Source: Takakia lepidozioides (Eukaryota > Plantae > Bryophyta). From it: a stretch of DNA of 64,000 nt. Below the pieces are notes generated by a model. It was not told where the DNA came from, searched no databases, and saw only the letters and a list, made by a program, of their open reading frames with translations. The position numbers and the translations under genes were made by a program. Shown here piece after piece: positions 61,066-64,000 of this stretch. The DNA lies in NCBI GenBank assembly GCA_030704615.1, contig CM060733.1:68696001-68760000 (forward strand). The letters run 5' to 3'. How positions within the stretch are numbered: the first letter of the stretch is position 1; the number at the start of each line of letters is the position of its first letter.

Positions 61066-64000
61066 GAGGTTTACTATTTCATGAGCAGAAACCATGAGCC
61101 ATGAGCCATGAGCCGCATGAGCCGCATGAGCGGTGAGCCGAAGTCTAAGATACGCGGATTTCATGAGCGGACTCCTCCAAATTTGGAAATGCGGCAGATT
61201 AAACAAGTATTAAAATAATAGTTTTTTTATTTGACCTTGCCGTTTTTGGACATTCCAGATCATGTAATGCGGCGAAGATATGTCGTCAGTAACAAGTCCG
61301 CTCATGGTTTTTTAGATCCGCTCATGGAAATAAGTGACCGTGCAACGGGAAATCCAGTATACCACTGCAAAAGGACGTCGCATACTGGCCTGTATAGAGT
61401 ATTCCGCGGTTTTACATGCCTTAACATTGGAATGAAGCTGACCCTTTTGCCGCGATTGAACCAATGGAGTCTGCACCAATACAGTCTGCAGTACTTCACA
61501 ATTCTGTCTTCTTCGGGTATTCGGCGGGAAAGGTTTGCAACTGAACTGGGAAATAGGGTGCCGCATTAGGGTTCGCACGTGCGAAATTTCGGAGCGGTTT
61601 GGTGTTGGCGAAGGCCGCCTCTGGGGGTACCTACGACGATACTTGGAAATGCGGCGCCGCATTTCCTTGTTGGAGGTCGAATGAGGAAAGCAAGTTTTCG
61701 GAAAGTAGAAAAACATGAACCCTCCAACATACAAAAATACATGCACGTGGAAACAAGTGAACGATATAGTAATATCTTAGTTTGAGCAAAACAGGTTACT
61801 GGTAGGCAAGACATATGTCGGACCTTTGTGTGGCCAGAGTCTGAGGTACTGGCAGCAGTACAGTTCTACTATCCGAAAAGGATGGGCGTACCATTGTATG
61901 TGGACCGCAAGCCAAGCTCACTGGTCCCCTGGATCCATATTCAGAAGAGTGTGAACCTCTTGGGGGCTCAACCCTGGTGCATGTATGAAGTGATGAGTTG
62001 TGGAATTACAACGGAGTCTCTTTAGGTACACGTAGTACAAATGCTTGCAAGGGCAGTATGATGCCCCCTTGTTTGCCATGATCTGGAAGTCGGTGCAATT
62101 GCAGGTGGGTAATTCTGAAATGGTGATGGTGTACACCTCATTGCGAACAGCTGAGCCCGCCGTGGCCATCTGATACACACGCCCGAATCCTGGTGGGGGC
62201 ACTTCTGTCGAGCTCTGGATTGTACAGTTCATCCGAAGTGCATTCCCCATCCTTGTCTCGTTCACTTTTGAGGGAGGTCGCCGCCTCTTCGGTTTCCCCA
62301 ACGGTGTGTAGGATGCTTAGAGCTGTCGTGTCCCATTGTTCTTGCTCTCACAGGGGTCGGTGGTGGAGGCTGTGGAAGCGGAAATGGTTCTCTGGGGACG
62401 TCAGTGCGCTGCACCATCCGAAATCCTGCGGCGGTAAGGGCGTCGGCCTCAACCTGACTCAGATCGCAGCCTGGTTCCACCGGCCACACCGGGGGAGCCT
62501 CTGGCATTGTTTGTATGTCGTACTTGGGCTTTCCATACACGCAAGTCATAATGTCGTGCCTGCAGAACCAGAACTGGGTGGTTGTCGCCTCCGCAAACTT
62601 TGCATAGACAAATCTTCCTGTAAAAGTAGGAGCAGGGACAGCCCCATCTGGATTCCTCCTTATCATCTCTAAACAACGTTGCCGTGTATCCACACGAATT
62701 GCGGAACACCTTCCTCGAAACGACGGCTTTGTGCGAGCAATTCTCCACTGTGATGCAGACACAGTCGTCTCCACAATGGCTTAGCCATACTGCATAACAG
62801 CGGGCGGAATGTGGGGCAAGGGAGCGGTGGGAATTTTTTGCACGAAATCCCCGGTTGAAGGCGACGGCGATTTGGAATTTCTTGGGCTTCCACTGCTGGA
62901 AGACACATTGTGCGGCAACATGACGGGACCTCGAGGTGCTGTCCGAATGTTCCTGTCGGATCTCCAGGAATCCTCTTCGCACCCGGGTTCCTCTTCAATC
63001 CTCCGCCTGACAGGGCGAGTCCGGACGTCCCCCTCTAGGTGTTCACCTCTGCGGTGCAGAGGCGTCCCTTTGATCTTCTCTCGCAATGCTGTCGCCCATT
63101 TCACTGGATTCTTGGACCTCGAAGCTGTTCGTACCAACAATTCCTCCCTGTCCGGCCCAAAGCCCCATTGTTTGCCACTCAGGAACTTGTAGTACGTGGC
63201 TTGCTGCATGATTGCTCTGTCGATGTCCTATGTTGTGGCCGTCACTACGTCCACCAGATGTGCGGCAGAAGACGCTCGCCAGGAGGAGTGGACCGATTCT
63301 GCCATATTCGTGTTCGGCATGTCCGTGTCGGAATCCAAGCACCGCTCCTAGAAGGACACAAACAATGGTGAGGGACCAATCAAAATGTCCGTAACAGAAA
63401 GACAAATGAACGAAATTGACAGCAGCCTACCTCCCGCATGTACTGTCCGAACTGTTGATACCGAAAATGCCACCACCCCAACCAGCTGTGCAATGCTCCC
63501 AGATTGGTTGTCTCCACTGCACCTGACGTGTTCCACCAAGCCTCGATGATAGCAAACTTAACCTCCGCGTCATCAAATGTGGGTGCATCCTTCCACGCCG
63601 TACAAAGGACACGGTGTTCAGGGTGGAATGAGCTAGCAACAAATTTGGTAGTGTAGTGGGATAGACTCTGCATCCAATGGAATCCACAGGATCTCTCTTT
63701 CCCCTCCATTGGAACATTGGGGTCCTCACCGTACACACGCCGCACCGCTGCCCAGTTGGCCTGAGCGTTGTCTGCCATGAATCCCCTGAAATTGGGCTCT
63801 GGCAATCCCGCCCTTGCCATCTGCTCGTTTATGCCCTCCCACAGATGCATCTCGGACTGTGTATCCTCCCCTTTCATCTCGCAGATTGCAATCGTCATGA
63901 GCCTCTTGGAGTGATAGTCATAAACATGCGCACCCATAGTCACCCACTGATGGTTTGTAATTCGCTTGATGTGATCAAACATCACCCAAGCATTCGACAA
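61066..64000 (-). mobile_element. MULE/MuDR-like element copy 2 (DDE, Cys-rich domain, SWIM); continues beyond window
   Basis: WVMFDHIKR, FMADNAQANW, CGFH, NTNMAESVH; intron 63430-63348 at the same position as in copy 1; SWIM PTCNCTDF...PCKHLYYV ending at 61918; terminus GAGGTTTACTATTTCATGAGC at 61066. Confidence 0.85.

Overview
Eukaryotic nuclear DNA from a land plant, most likely non-seed or bryophyte-grade; this is inferred from the TE lineages and is not proven. Bases 1-15092 hold the last 12 exons of an apparently intact multi-MATH/TRAF coiled-coil gene (At2g25320-like). One 6.1-kb intron of it is packed with stacked, (CT)n-tailed RTE-X-like LINE copies. The rest of the window is a nest of mostly decayed transposons: a full-length L1-clade LINE (16766-24417, minus, 9-bp TSD), tRNA-derived SINE pieces, a MULE-type element with a GCM-like Zn domain, and a complete 13.4-kb CACTA element (28429-41866, TIRs plus GAA TSD) inserted in-frame in that MULE ORF. 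Further on are a hAT (DUF659) element with hairpin arrays, a non-chromovirus Ty3/gypsy element with extra ORFs, and a second MULE copy inserted in the gypsy. The most unusual system is the CACTA. Its TnpD transposase and TnpA-like genes are head-to-head with start codons only 29 bp apart, and the TnpA-like gene has an FCP1/NIF (HAD, CTD-phosphatase-like) domain spliced in-frame into it.
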